Below, one piece after another: positions 1 through 8,991 of a DNA stretch of 64,000 nucleotides. How positions within the stretch are numbered: the stretch's first letter is position 1; every line of letters begins with the position of its first letter. Origin of the DNA: Candidatus Latescibacterota bacterium (GTDB lineage: Bacteria > Latescibacterota > UBA2968 > UBA8231). The stretch spans positions 704,001-768,000 of the forward strand of contig OZ241867.1 of the NCBI GenBank assembly GCA_965203175.1, written 5' to 3'. The translations under genes were made by a program, and so were the position numbers. The notes below the pieces were generated by a model. The model was given only the letters and a program-made list of their open reading frames with translations. It ran no database searches and had not been told where the DNA came from.

Positions 1-331
1 TGCGCGCGACGAGATCGTAGCCTGCGCGAAAGAGCTGCTTCAGCCCCGGAATGCGGTACACCCCGGTAAATAGATTCCAAGGAGGAAGCCGGCGGTAAAT
101 CTGGTACACAGCATCCGCCCCGACATCGATCTGCCCGCCAGCGTGAATGAGGCGCAGGCCGGTGTTAAAATCAGAACTGGAGAGGATGGGAAACCGCTCT
201 TCAATGCCGGTCGTTTGGCGCGGCAAGTACTCAAAGCGGTCATTGCGGTCAAAGCGGCGAATGCGGCCGACACTCCACAGGCAGAAGCGGCATTCGCCGT
301 CGTACACGATTACGGGACGGGTTTCGCTCAT
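1..331 (-). CDS. DCC1-like thiol-disulfide oxidoreductase (DUF393 family), runs off the window edge
   Basis: Manual translation of the minus strand from ATG at 331 gives MSETRPVIVYDGECRFCLWSV..., with the DGxCxxC signature. It is absent from the ORF track because it has no stop in the window. Confidence 0.85.
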   Translation of the reverse strand, partial: MSETRPVIVYDGECRFCLWSVGRIRRFDRNDRFEYLPRQTTGIEERFPILSSSDFNTGLRLIHAGGQIDVGADAVYQIYRRLPPWNLFTGVYRIPGLKQLFRAGYDLVAR

Positions 332-367
332 ATTTCTAAGATTCCTTCTACATTGCAAGTATTTATG

Positions 368-394
368 ATTATACAACAGAAGTAGTAACGTCAA
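368..394 (-). promoter_or_regulatory. sigma70-like promoter for the DCC1-like gene
   Basis: Minus strand TTGACG (394-389), a 15-nt spacer, then TATAAT (373-368). The spacer is shorter than the canonical 17. Confidence 0.45.
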
Positions 395-559
395 CAAACG
401 CGTTGTGTAGGTGCTGAGTTTATGAGAAATTACAAAAAAAGACTATTCGCTGCGCATTATGAGACATGCTGTAAGTGAGACTATGGCAAAAACGGAAAAC
501 AGCTTCTTGGATTCTAATAGTGGCCCAATTCGCTGTTCTGACGAAAGGCAAGGCTGACG

Positions 560-1366
560 ATGATGACCGAAGAACAACGCTATCTTTTTGATCTATGCGG
601 TTTTCTGCACCTGAAAAACGTCCTGACCCCGGAGGAACTGGATGCGGCTGCGGATGCCGCTAGTCGCTACATCAACAGCGCACCGGAAGACCTGCCGCCG
701 CATTTCGGACGATCAGAAAGTCTCAAGGGCTTTGCTCACGGCTTCGCCTTCGACCGGGCGTTGGAAAAGCTGGTCTTTCTGCCGGCCGTCTGGCCCATCG
801 TGCTGGAGCTGACCAACGGCAAACCCATGCTCGCTAGCGGTACCATGATGCTCGACTCTCCCGACGGACATACCGAGGCAGTGCAACTGCATTGTGCCCG
901 CGACGACTACGGCTTTGAGAGCGCCCGTTACGAGGTGCGCCAAGGCCGTATCTACTGCGACGACTTTGTAGTGTTTCCCTACCTGGACGATGTGCATCCC
1001 GGTGATGGCGGGCTACTATTGGTGCCGGGGTCGCACAAAAGCGAGTTCGACCGGCCGCCGCAGCTTTTTAATCAGGGTCGCATCGAAGGGGAGGTCCCGC
1101 CGGGTATCGTCAATATCACGCCTGCGGCTGGAGATGTGGTGATCATGCCCGAATGCGTAACCCACGGGGTTCTACCCTGGCGAGCCCCCGACCGCCAGCG
1201 CCGGGTGCTGACGCTGCGCTACCGGCCACACCACCGCCAAGCCGGCCCCATTCCGGAGGCAGTCAAAGAGCGGCTGGCACCCGAAACGCTCGAATTGGTC
1301 GAATCAGCGCACTATACCCAAGAAAAGAAAATCGCCACTCAGCAACGGGTGTGCCTCAGCCAGTAA
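560..1366 (+). CDS. PhyH-family Fe(II)/2-oxoglutarate oxygenase with H-x-A motif
   Basis: FDLCGFLHL start, LLLVPGSHK, AGDVVI...THG and RR motifs. LHCA stands where HxD is expected. Confidence 0.85.
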   Translation: MMTEEQRYLFDLCGFLHLKNVLTPEELDAAADAASRYINSAPEDLPPHFGRSESLKGFAHGFAFDRALEKLVFLPAVWPIVLELTNGKPMLASGTMMLDSPDGHTEAVQLHCARDDYGFESARYEVRQGRIYCDDFVVFPYLDDVHPGDGGLLLVPGSHKSEFDRPPQLFNQGRIEGEVPPGIVNITPAAGDVVIMPECVTHGVLPWRAPDRQRRVLTLRYRPHHRQAGPIPEAVKERLAPETLELVESAHYTQEKKIATQQRVCLSQ

Positions 1367-1425
1367 TGGAGTCCAATGCTGTTCGGAACCGAAAATCAGA
1401 GAAAAATTGTTGAGGAGGATTCAGA

Positions 1426-1797
1426 ATGGAGCTGATTCGCTCGCCGGACATTCAGGTGTTCTGTAATTCTGGAATAGAATCTCGACAACTGCTATTTCCC
1501 GAGAACTCTTCTTCGGAAAGGATCGCGATTACACACGTCACCATCCCACCTGGAGGTAAAAACCCTGCACATCGACATAAAACATCAGAACAGATTTGGA
1601 TTGCCTTGCAAGGTTCTGGAAATTTGATCCTGGAAAACGAGACGGTAGAGAAATTCGCTGCCGGTGACGTTGTTCGATTCGAGGACGGTGACCTTCATGG
1701 GTTTGTCAACTCGGGAACCCAGCCCTTTACCTATATGTCAGTCACATCGCCGCCCTTAAATTTTCGTGCGGCCTATGACAGTGGTTGGTCAACGTGA
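1426..1797 (+). CDS. cupin-domain protein
   Basis: PAHRHKTSEQIW...G and GDLHGF cupin motifs; GAGGAGG RBS. Confidence 0.85.
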   Translation: MELIRSPDIQVFCNSGIESRQLLFPENSSSERIAITHVTIPPGGKNPAHRHKTSEQIWIALQGSGNLILENETVEKFAAGDVVRFEDGDLHGFVNSGTQPFTYMSVTSPPLNFRAAYDSGWST

Positions 1798-1842
1798 TTG
1801 CACTGAAATGGATTGCCCTAACAGTATGTATCATTTGCAACG

Positions 1843-2748
1843 ATGACCGCAAAAGAACCACAAATAGAGCAGCTGCTTGATCATCGCGATGAGATCGAGG
1901 CCAGCGTCAGTGCCTATCTGGGACACGAGTGGGGTGTCAGTGAAATTCAAGACCTAGCGAAAAAGTCTTCTCACCCTTCCGCCGTCCTTTCAGACGGGGA
2001 GTTCGGGGTGTTTGCAAAACTCGGACGTGGCCGCTACGCCGCCGAGCAGTTTCGCTGCGAGACTGTAGGATTGTCGGCAATGTCTGCCATGGCTGGTGTC
2101 CTGACTCCCATCGTCGTCGACTGCTTGTCGATACCCAATGGCGCGCTGTTGGTGCTGAAAGCCGTGCGTATCATCGAACGCACGAAGACAGCGTGGGAGG
2201 AGGCGGGGCGTTCGTTGGCACGGCTCCATGCTGTCAGAGGGCCTATATTCGGGTTCGACGAGGATAGCTACTGGGGCGATTTCCGGCAGAACAATCGACC
2301 GCTCGACAGTTGGGACGCGTTTTTCTGGGAACGCTGGATCGAACCCAGAATTGCGTACGGCCTAGATAAAGGACACTTGACAGTCGATTTTGCAAGGGAA
2401 GTTGAGCGGCTGGCGCACCGTCTCGATACAGTCTGCGGATCCCGAGTAGAACCCTCGCTTGTGCACGGAGACGCGCACCAAAACAACATCCTCAGTACCC
2501 CTGAGGGTCCCGTGTTCGTCGACCCGAATGTCCACTTCGGCCATCCTGAACTTGACTTGGCATTCGTCGACTACTTCCAACCGGTGCCGGAGGTCTTGTT
2601 TTCGGCCTACGCCGAGATATTGCCCATCGATACAGATTTTCCCAACCGGCGCGAGTTATGGCGTATGCCGTTCTACCTAGCAATGGTCGAAGGTCACGAG
2701 GGCATTCCTCAGGACCAAATTCGCGCAGTGCTGGATCAATTCTTATGA
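1843..2748 (+). CDS. fructosamine kinase / APH-like phosphotransferase
   Basis: FGF..D.Y, PSLVHGDAHQNN and FVDP..HFGHPELDLA motifs. Confidence 0.85.
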   Translation: MTAKEPQIEQLLDHRDEIEASVSAYLGHEWGVSEIQDLAKKSSHPSAVLSDGEFGVFAKLGRGRYAAEQFRCETVGLSAMSAMAGVLTPIVVDCLSIPNGALLVLKAVRIIERTKTAWEEAGRSLARLHAVRGPIFGFDEDSYWGDFRQNNRPLDSWDAFFWERWIEPRIAYGLDKGHLTVDFAREVERLAHRLDTVCGSRVEPSLVHGDAHQNNILSTPEGPVFVDPNVHFGHPELDLAFVDYFQPVPEVLFSAYAEILPIDTDFPNRRELWRMPFYLAMVEGHEGIPQDQIRAVLDQFL

Positions 2749-2824
2749 ACTTTGATGTCGAAGGCTAGGCCGGAATAACCGCCAAGCCAATCAACCTACT
2801 CGATTTTAACAAGGAGTTTTCGAT

Positions 2825-3568
2825 GTGCCAGGTGTCATGTCATGGGAGGAAATGAACTGGCTTTTGCCTGATTTTGATGAGACCGGGTTGATCTATCACG
2901 GAAGTCAGCCCGAGAACCTCATTAGTATCTTCCAAAATGGACTGATTCCCCGGTACAAAAGTCCAAGGGACGGTGCTGAAACTATCTACAATGCGCACTA
3001 CCGGCACCGGCCGAAGTCCATTCCTGACTGGGTAGATCCGCGGCAATGCATTTTCGGTTACATGAACAGGGTCAGGCAAGGAGGCTCTGACGGCATTGTA
3101 GATGGCAAAGTCAACGGAGTGACATTTGGCATTGAAGCGACCGCTCGTGTACGTAGTCGGACTTGGACAGCCTGCTTTCTGTTTTCAGATATGGTGTACT
3201 GTCCAGAGGAAGGGGGGTACTTCGACACGCAGGAGAGAAAAACCTTCTTTGAGGAGAGGATTGAGCCGATTTCCTGTGAAGCATACTGGAAAACCAGCCT
3301 CTCCTTCGACGAAAACTTGAAGATTCGCTGGGATCACCTGTTCACAATGCAGGAATATCATGAGCTATTGATCTGTATGGAGATCGATCCTGAGTTACTA
3401 AGTCTCCAAGGATTCAGGGTGCGGGGGACCAATGGGATACGCGAGGTTCTCAGGAGTGACCTGCGCGAGGTGTTTTTGAATGCCGAGGAGAAGCTCCGGA
3501 ACAACGCGGAGATCGTGCGGGAACTGAAGGAAGTCGCCGAGTTCTGCGGGAGTTCCGTCAGCACCTAA
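2825..3568 (+). CDS. hypothetical protein, possible ADP-ribosyltransferase fold
   Basis: IYHGS...NLISIFQNGL resembles the first strand of His-type ARTs, and there is a late ELLI. AAGGAG RBS. Confidence 0.55.
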   Translation: MPGVMSWEEMNWLLPDFDETGLIYHGSQPENLISIFQNGLIPRYKSPRDGAETIYNAHYRHRPKSIPDWVDPRQCIFGYMNRVRQGGSDGIVDGKVNGVTFGIEATARVRSRTWTACFLFSDMVYCPEEGGYFDTQERKTFFEERIEPISCEAYWKTSLSFDENLKIRWDHLFTMQEYHELLICMEIDPELLSLQGFRVRGTNGIREVLRSDLREVFLNAEEKLRNNAEIVRELKEVAEFCGSSVST

Positions 3569-3653
3569 CGACACGGCTTGCGCTGTGGCCCATGTACGCC
3601 TCGTCCTACGCCCAACCGCTGCGCGGTTCCTCCATAGAAAGGTATAGAAAAAA

Positions 3654-4535
3654 ATGCGTCTCCTACCGATTTTAGGAATCTTGGCCGTTTCAACAAATTT
3701 CCAATGTCAGCCGCAGGCAGATTTCAATCGTCAGCCTGTATCCGAAGAGGTGTTCGCAACGATTGCCGACCGCTACGAGTACGACCGGTCTCAGCCTCTG
3801 GACACATCTGTCATAGGCGTTTGGCCTCATAGGCGACCGTATATTATCGAAAAAGTAGAATTTAGTAGCATTAACAATGAGCGCGTGCCCGCCTACTTTA
3901 CTTATCCTAAAGATTCTATTTTTTCGATCGCAACGCGCCATCCAGCCGTTCTGCTGCTTCACGGAGCCAACGATTTCTGGGGCAAGAACGAGGACTGGTC
4001 GCTCGAGTGGATGGATATTCTCTCGCGCGAGGGGTGGTGTGTGTTGGTCGCTGATTTTTATGGCTTCGGCGAACGGAAAAAGGCTGGACAGAAGCCCCAG
4101 TGGTGGGTATCAGGCTCCTACATTCAAGCCGTGACCGACCAGAGACGGGGCATTGACTTTTTGTTTTCCCGTCCAGAAGTGGACACGACCAAGGTCGCCT
4201 TGATGGGTGGGAGCATGGGCGGTTATTTCGGTACTTTCGTAGCGGGTCTTGAAAGCCGATTCACTACTGTCGTCCTGACAGTGACCGGGACCTCGTCGGT
4301 AGGGGCGACAGACGATGCATTGCATCGATTTAGGCATATACTGAATTTTGCCCCTCGGGTTAGTGCACCAGTACTTATGGTCAATGCGACCGGAGATGGT
4401 CGTCCATTTGGCGAAGAGCTCTATAACGCAATGCCAGAACCCAAGCAGCAAATCTGGTATGAAAGTGAGCATTATTTACCGCCAAGAGAATACAACGAGG
4501 ATATACTTAACTGGCTCCACGAACACCTTGATTAA
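3654..4535 (+). CDS. exported alpha/beta hydrolase
   Basis: N-terminal hydrophobic segment, LLHG, GGSMGG nucleophile elbow and a C-terminal His. Confidence 0.85.
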   Translation: MRLLPILGILAVSTNFQCQPQADFNRQPVSEEVFATIADRYEYDRSQPLDTSVIGVWPHRRPYIIEKVEFSSINNERVPAYFTYPKDSIFSIATRHPAVLLLHGANDFWGKNEDWSLEWMDILSREGWCVLVADFYGFGERKKAGQKPQWWVSGSYIQAVTDQRRGIDFLFSRPEVDTTKVALMGGSMGGYFGTFVAGLESRFTTVVLTVTGTSSVGATDDALHRFRHILNFAPRVSAPVLMVNATGDGRPFGEELYNAMPEPKQQIWYESEHYLPPREYNEDILNWLHEHLD

Positions 4536-4625
4536 GTTGGAGAGGCCTTCTGAGGTAGGTCCTTATCTGGACCCTACCCGGCTGGCAAATCCTATAACAT
4601 GTAACAGTACGATAGACCACTCACA

Positions 4626-5414
4626 ATGATTAATGATTCTTACAGTTCGGGAGCGAAGCACTACGACGCGGCATACAGCGTCAAAGAAGATTTGGTGGAC
4701 AGGGACTTTTATCTCGATCTAGCCAATGAGTATGGCGGACCGGTCCTCGAATTTGGCTGCGGCACAGGGAGAATCACCCTGCCGTTGGCGCGACAAGGTG
4801 TTGATGTCACGGGGATGGATGCTTCTCATTCCATGCTGGAGGTCTTGCGCGCCAAGCTCACCAAAGAAAGTGAATGCGTACGACGGAGAACACGAGTTAT
4901 AGAAGGAGATTTTCGCACCCATTATCTGGACGATCAATTTTCCTTGGTAGTAATCCCATTCAGACCCATGCAGCACATGTACACTGCGGAAGATCAACTG
5001 GCGGCCCTGCAAAACGCTAGGAAACACTTGGCCGAGGGTGGTATTCTCGCGTTTGACGTATTCAATCCCAATTTCGCCAAAATTCTAACGGGCGTCGGCG
5101 AAGAATACTTGGACCTGGAGTGGCCCGCGCAAGATGGGACGGATCGGATGGTCCGACGGTACTTTGTAAAGGACGAGATTGACTTGATCAACCTGAATTT
5201 CTCGGGCAGGTTCATCTTCCGATTGTGTGAGGGTGATAAAGTTCTGTCTGAGGAAGCACAGCCATTGAAGATGAGTTTCTATACGTATCCTCACCTCAAA
5301 GCTCTTTTCTACGCCGCAGGTCTTGAGAGTGTCGGAGAATTCGGATCATTTGATCGGAGACCAATCGGACCTGACGCGCCCGAAATGATATTCCTACTGA
5401 AGCGCCGGCAATAG
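4626..5414 (+). CDS. class I SAM-dependent methyltransferase
   Basis: VLEFGCGTGR, GMDAS and GGILAFD motifs. Confidence 0.9.
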   Translation: MINDSYSSGAKHYDAAYSVKEDLVDRDFYLDLANEYGGPVLEFGCGTGRITLPLARQGVDVTGMDASHSMLEVLRAKLTKESECVRRRTRVIEGDFRTHYLDDQFSLVVIPFRPMQHMYTAEDQLAALQNARKHLAEGGILAFDVFNPNFAKILTGVGEEYLDLEWPAQDGTDRMVRRYFVKDEIDLINLNFSGRFIFRLCEGDKVLSEEAQPLKMSFYTYPHLKALFYAAGLESVGEFGSFDRRPIGPDAPEMIFLLKRRQ

Positions 5415-5448
5415 GTACGCACTGAGACGCAGAGGGAAAGAACGAGCC

Positions 5449-6585
5449 ATGAAAACAAGTACTTTACTCGACCATTTCGTCTCTATGCTAAAAGCTAACC
5501 AGTGCCTGAAGTCGGCAAGACTGGAGCACGCGGTGCGAGCTGTCCCGCGCCAATGGTTCGTCGACCGGATGCACACACAATCAAGGTACTTCCGTTTAAT
5601 CAACGTAAATACATCTCGTCCCACGAGGCACCAGCTCGAGCGCATCTACTCAGATGAAGCACTGCTCAGTCACCGAGATCCGCCGAGTTCCACGTCACAG
5701 CCGTCGCTGGTGATGGACATGCTTGAGGCGCTAGACGTTCGTCCTAGAGCGCGAGTGCTCGAAATCGGTGCAGGCACCGGATGGAACGCCGCGTTGATGG
5801 CTCACCTAGTGGAATCATCTGGGTCCGTAGTCAGCATCGACAACCAGCCCGATGTAGCGCGAAGTGCACGGCGGCACCTCAAGCGTACTGGACTGAAGAA
5901 CGTCCACATAGTTACCGGCGACGGCGCCAACGGGCATCCAAAATCAGCGCCATACGACCGCCTGATCACCACCGTCAGTTGTCCAGATGTCTTCCCGGCT
6001 TGGCTGCAACAACTCAAGCCTGGCGGCATTGCCGTAATCACATTGAGCGAGCTTCCCGGTGAGAGTTGGTGCTTGATGCTCAAGCTGCGCAAAACGAAAA
6101 CTCACCTGACAGGAGAGGTGGTTAGCCTGCCTGGATTCATGCTGTTTACGGGTAAGCATGGCAGTCCACCGACTGCGAGCCAGGCCCAGCAGCACCTTGA
6201 CGAGCACACTGGGGCCAAGGTTCGAAAACACCGCGCTGTGTGGGCGATTTTTTCGGGTCAGGGCAACATCGCGATGCGGCGCGACTTGGCTTTTTTCGCC
6301 CATCTGGAAGGACTGCGCGTGGAGTCTCTGGGGAACCGATTCGTCCTATCTGCACCTGACGCCAAGGGACTCTGCGTTCTGGATGACACACATATCGATG
6401 TGCTTGGTGGCACCGAGTGCTACAGTCTGTATGAGAAAATCCAAGATCGGTGGCTGAACCTAGGCGCCCCAAAGCGCCTGCAATACCGCGTGGAAGTGTG
6501 GCCGCTGGCCGTGCAGAAACGCCAGCCTCGCAATGGCTGGCTAACGCGCAGATCGCACTGCCAGTTAATATTCCGACTCAAGTAA
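5449..6585 (+). CDS. protein-L-isoaspartate O-methyltransferase-like, with C-terminal extension
   Basis: SSTSQPSLV, VLEIGAGTGWNAA, APYDR and QLKPGG motifs; 378 aa. Confidence 0.85.
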   Translation: MKTSTLLDHFVSMLKANQCLKSARLEHAVRAVPRQWFVDRMHTQSRYFRLINVNTSRPTRHQLERIYSDEALLSHRDPPSSTSQPSLVMDMLEALDVRPRARVLEIGAGTGWNAALMAHLVESSGSVVSIDNQPDVARSARRHLKRTGLKNVHIVTGDGANGHPKSAPYDRLITTVSCPDVFPAWLQQLKPGGIAVITLSELPGESWCLMLKLRKTKTHLTGEVVSLPGFMLFTGKHGSPPTASQAQQHLDEHTGAKVRKHRAVWAIFSGQGNIAMRRDLAFFAHLEGLRVESLGNRFVLSAPDAKGLCVLDDTHIDVLGGTECYSLYEKIQDRWLNLGAPKRLQYRVEVWPLAVQKRQPRNGWLTRRSHCQLIFRLK

Positions 6586-6601
6586 GGGAACTCGTCATAC
6601 C

Positions 6602-7417
6602 GTGCAACACTTGACCGACGACATGAGACACAACTGGGTGGAAAAGGGCTATATTCTGCTCAAGGGTGCCCTCACCCGCGACCAAGTCGCAGGCTATCTG
6701 GCCGCTACCGACGAAGTGATCACCAAATACCGCGAGACCCATCCCGAGGCCCGCGAGCAGGACGCCCTCAACATCATCCAGACAGTCGAGCGGTCCCCAA
6801 ATTTCGATTCGCTGATCGACCATCCTAACACCTTCGGCGTCATCGTCGACCTGATGGGCCCCTATCTCCAGATCATGGGCACGGTGATTTACGTCCGCTA
6901 TCCCAGTAGGGACATGCCCTTCGGCTGGCACACCGACGGAGGAGCCTCATTGCGCGAGTTCCGCGTCGCGCCGGACAGCTGCCCCCTCAACTTCAAGATC
7001 CAGTATTTCCTGACCGACATCCCCGCAGACAACCGGGCCAACTTCTGCTTCGTGCCCGGCAGCCATCGCCGGGATTTTCCAGAGGAGGGTTTTGCCAAGG
7101 GAGCATGGCCAGAAGGCGGCGTCCAGCTAGTCGCCGAAGCCGGCGACGCCATCATCTTCACCTACGGCCTGTGGCACGGCGTGGCCCCAAATGAGGGAGA
7201 GGACGTCCGGCGCAGCCTTACCTTTCGCTACGGGCAACTATGGTCACGGCCGTGGGACTACGATAAAGCACCGCCCGAAGTGCTGGCGCGCATGACGCCG
7301 CGCCAGCGACGCCTGATGGGCGACATCGGCCCTAATAGTGCGCCCGGCGCGTACTATGCGCCCCAGGACCAGCTCGACATCATCCTCGACGGCATTGAAG
7401 AACAGCCGGCGGGGTGA
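6602..7417 (+). CDS. PhyH-family Fe/2OG dioxygenase
   Basis: WHTD, VPGSH and AGDAIIF...WHG motifs. Confidence 0.9.
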   Translation: MQHLTDDMRHNWVEKGYILLKGALTRDQVAGYLAATDEVITKYRETHPEAREQDALNIIQTVERSPNFDSLIDHPNTFGVIVDLMGPYLQIMGTVIYVRYPSRDMPFGWHTDGGASLREFRVAPDSCPLNFKIQYFLTDIPADNRANFCFVPGSHRRDFPEEGFAKGAWPEGGVQLVAEAGDAIIFTYGLWHGVAPNEGEDVRRSLTFRYGQLWSRPWDYDKAPPEVLARMTPRQRRLMGDIGPNSAPGAYYAPQDQLDIILDGIEEQPAG

Positions 7418-7962
7418 GCACTTCGTCTAACAAGCTTCCACTTAGAGTGCAGACGACGCGGTTGACCACCTTCGAGCGCGAACGTCACACTTGGCCCATC
7501 TCCCTGCGCCGAAAGTACTCGGTGGATCCGGGGCGAACTTGGGTCTTCACGGATGGTGGCGGTGATGGGAGGTTCTCGGCTGTCGTCGTGCGTCCGCGAA
7601 TCGAAGAGCACCGAATAGCAGGACAGCGCGAATCGCGGTCCAACAGCGTGGTTGCTGAACTCGATGGCGTCGTATTGGGCCTGGAGAATTGCCTACCGGG
7701 TGAGAGAATCGCGATCGTGTCGGACTACCTGTGGACAGCATACTACATCAATGGCTGGCGCCGCGTGCATCACCCTCGGCTGCGTGAAGGGGTTTTACAG
7801 GCGAGGACTTGTCTCGAAAAGCTACGGAGTGCCGTGTTCGTGCATTACGACCTGGAAACCGGAGGCGAATGTGCCTTCAGACGATGGAACGCTGTCGCTC
7901 ATGGCCTGTGTCAAAAGGACATGGTCGGGACCAACTCGCGTACGCGTTGCGAAATCGCTTAA
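7414..7962 (+). CDS. RNase HI-like fold protein
   Basis: VFTDGG, NSVVAELDG, IVSDY and N..AH pattern of the RNase HI active site. The start is uncertain (GTGA overlap). Confidence 0.6.
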   Translation: MSTSSNKLPLRVQTTRLTTFERERHTWPISLRRKYSVDPGRTWVFTDGGGDGRFSAVVVRPRIEEHRIAGQRESRSNSVVAELDGVVLGLENCLPGERIAIVSDYLWTAYYINGWRRVHHPRLREGVLQARTCLEKLRSAVFVHYDLETGGECAFRRWNAVAHGLCQKDMVGTNSRTRCEIA

Positions 7963-8019
7963 CATCGTGCCCCGGCTCTATACCATCGGGGCACTAGTGC
8001 TACAACTCACCGAGTCCGC

Positions 8020-8991
8020 ATGAACAATCGCTGGAACGACATCGCCACCGCCGCCTACGGTCTCACTGATCTGCAGTTGACTGAATCGCGAGCGCATTTC
8101 AGCACTCACTTCTTCATAGAATCGTCTCAGGGACAATTCGTCCTGTCCTGCTCTCCGTTCCAAGCAGACAGAATGGTAAAGAGCTATCAGTTCCAGCTAA
8201 TGGAAGTCCTCAAAGACAACGGTTTTAGACAAGTTTCATTGCCGGTGCAGACGCTGGATGGAAGGTACTGCTACTGGGGAGGGGAAGACTGGTGGGTGTT
8301 GAACCCCTACATGCCATTCGACGAGAATCCTCCGTGGGACTCCCGTGATCTGATTGTTGAGGCAGCCCAGACGCTAGCGGCACTGCACTCGACAGGTCGC
8401 AAATACGGGGATGAACTCCGAGTTGAATCGGCAAGAGAGGACTTGGGTTGGTACTACGTACCTTCGACCAGATGGGCTGAATTGTCGCCAAAAATTGCTG
8501 GCGCTTTCCAGTGGAGCAAGCTGAGTGAAGATGACACAACATTCCTTCGATCTCAACTCCATTTCGTACAATCCAACGCCGCCGCAGTGAAATCACTATG
8601 CGATGAGCGGGGAATGCTGTCGATCACACACCAAGACTACCGCCCTGTTAACTTGCGGATATGGGAGTCGAAGATAGCCACAGTGTGGGACTTCGACATG
8701 GCCGTCATTGACTACTCGCTCTACGATGTGGCATTCGCGTCGCTCCAATTCGGCGGTCGGGAATGCCTCTTCCCCGAAGTATCGCTGGACCTCGCCAAGC
8801 AATTTATCGAGGCGTATATAGCGGCAACAGATACGCCCGAACCCGTTGGGGAAGAGGATGTCTTCCGGTGGTTTCTAACAGTAGCTGTGCTACGACGACT
8901 TCTATTGAACTATCACATCCCAGAGAGGATGGAGTTGCTACGGAAAATTGCGAGTTGGGATTGGCTGAATCGCATTGGCACTCTGACATGA
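8020..8991 (+). CDS. homoserine kinase type II / APH-like phosphotransferase
   Basis: LAALH, THQDYRPVNL, WDFD and YDVA motifs. Confidence 0.8.
   Translation: MNNRWNDIATAAYGLTDLQLTESRAHFSTHFFIESSQGQFVLSCSPFQADRMVKSYQFQLMEVLKDNGFRQVSLPVQTLDGRYCYWGGEDWWVLNPYMPFDENPPWDSRDLIVEAAQTLAALHSTGRKYGDELRVESAREDLGWYYVPSTRWAELSPKIAGAFQWSKLSEDDTTFLRSQLHFVQSNAAAVKSLCDERGMLSITHQDYRPVNLRIWESKIATVWDFDMAVIDYSLYDVAFASLQFGGRECLFPEVSLDLAKQFIEAYIAATDTPEPVGEEDVFRWFLTVAVLRRLLLNYHIPERMELLRKIASWDWLNRIGTLT

Noticed and set aside
40-385. ORF-track calls at 40-273, 143-385 and 147-368
   Set aside because: They are shadows of the real DCC1-like gene on the minus strand (1-331).
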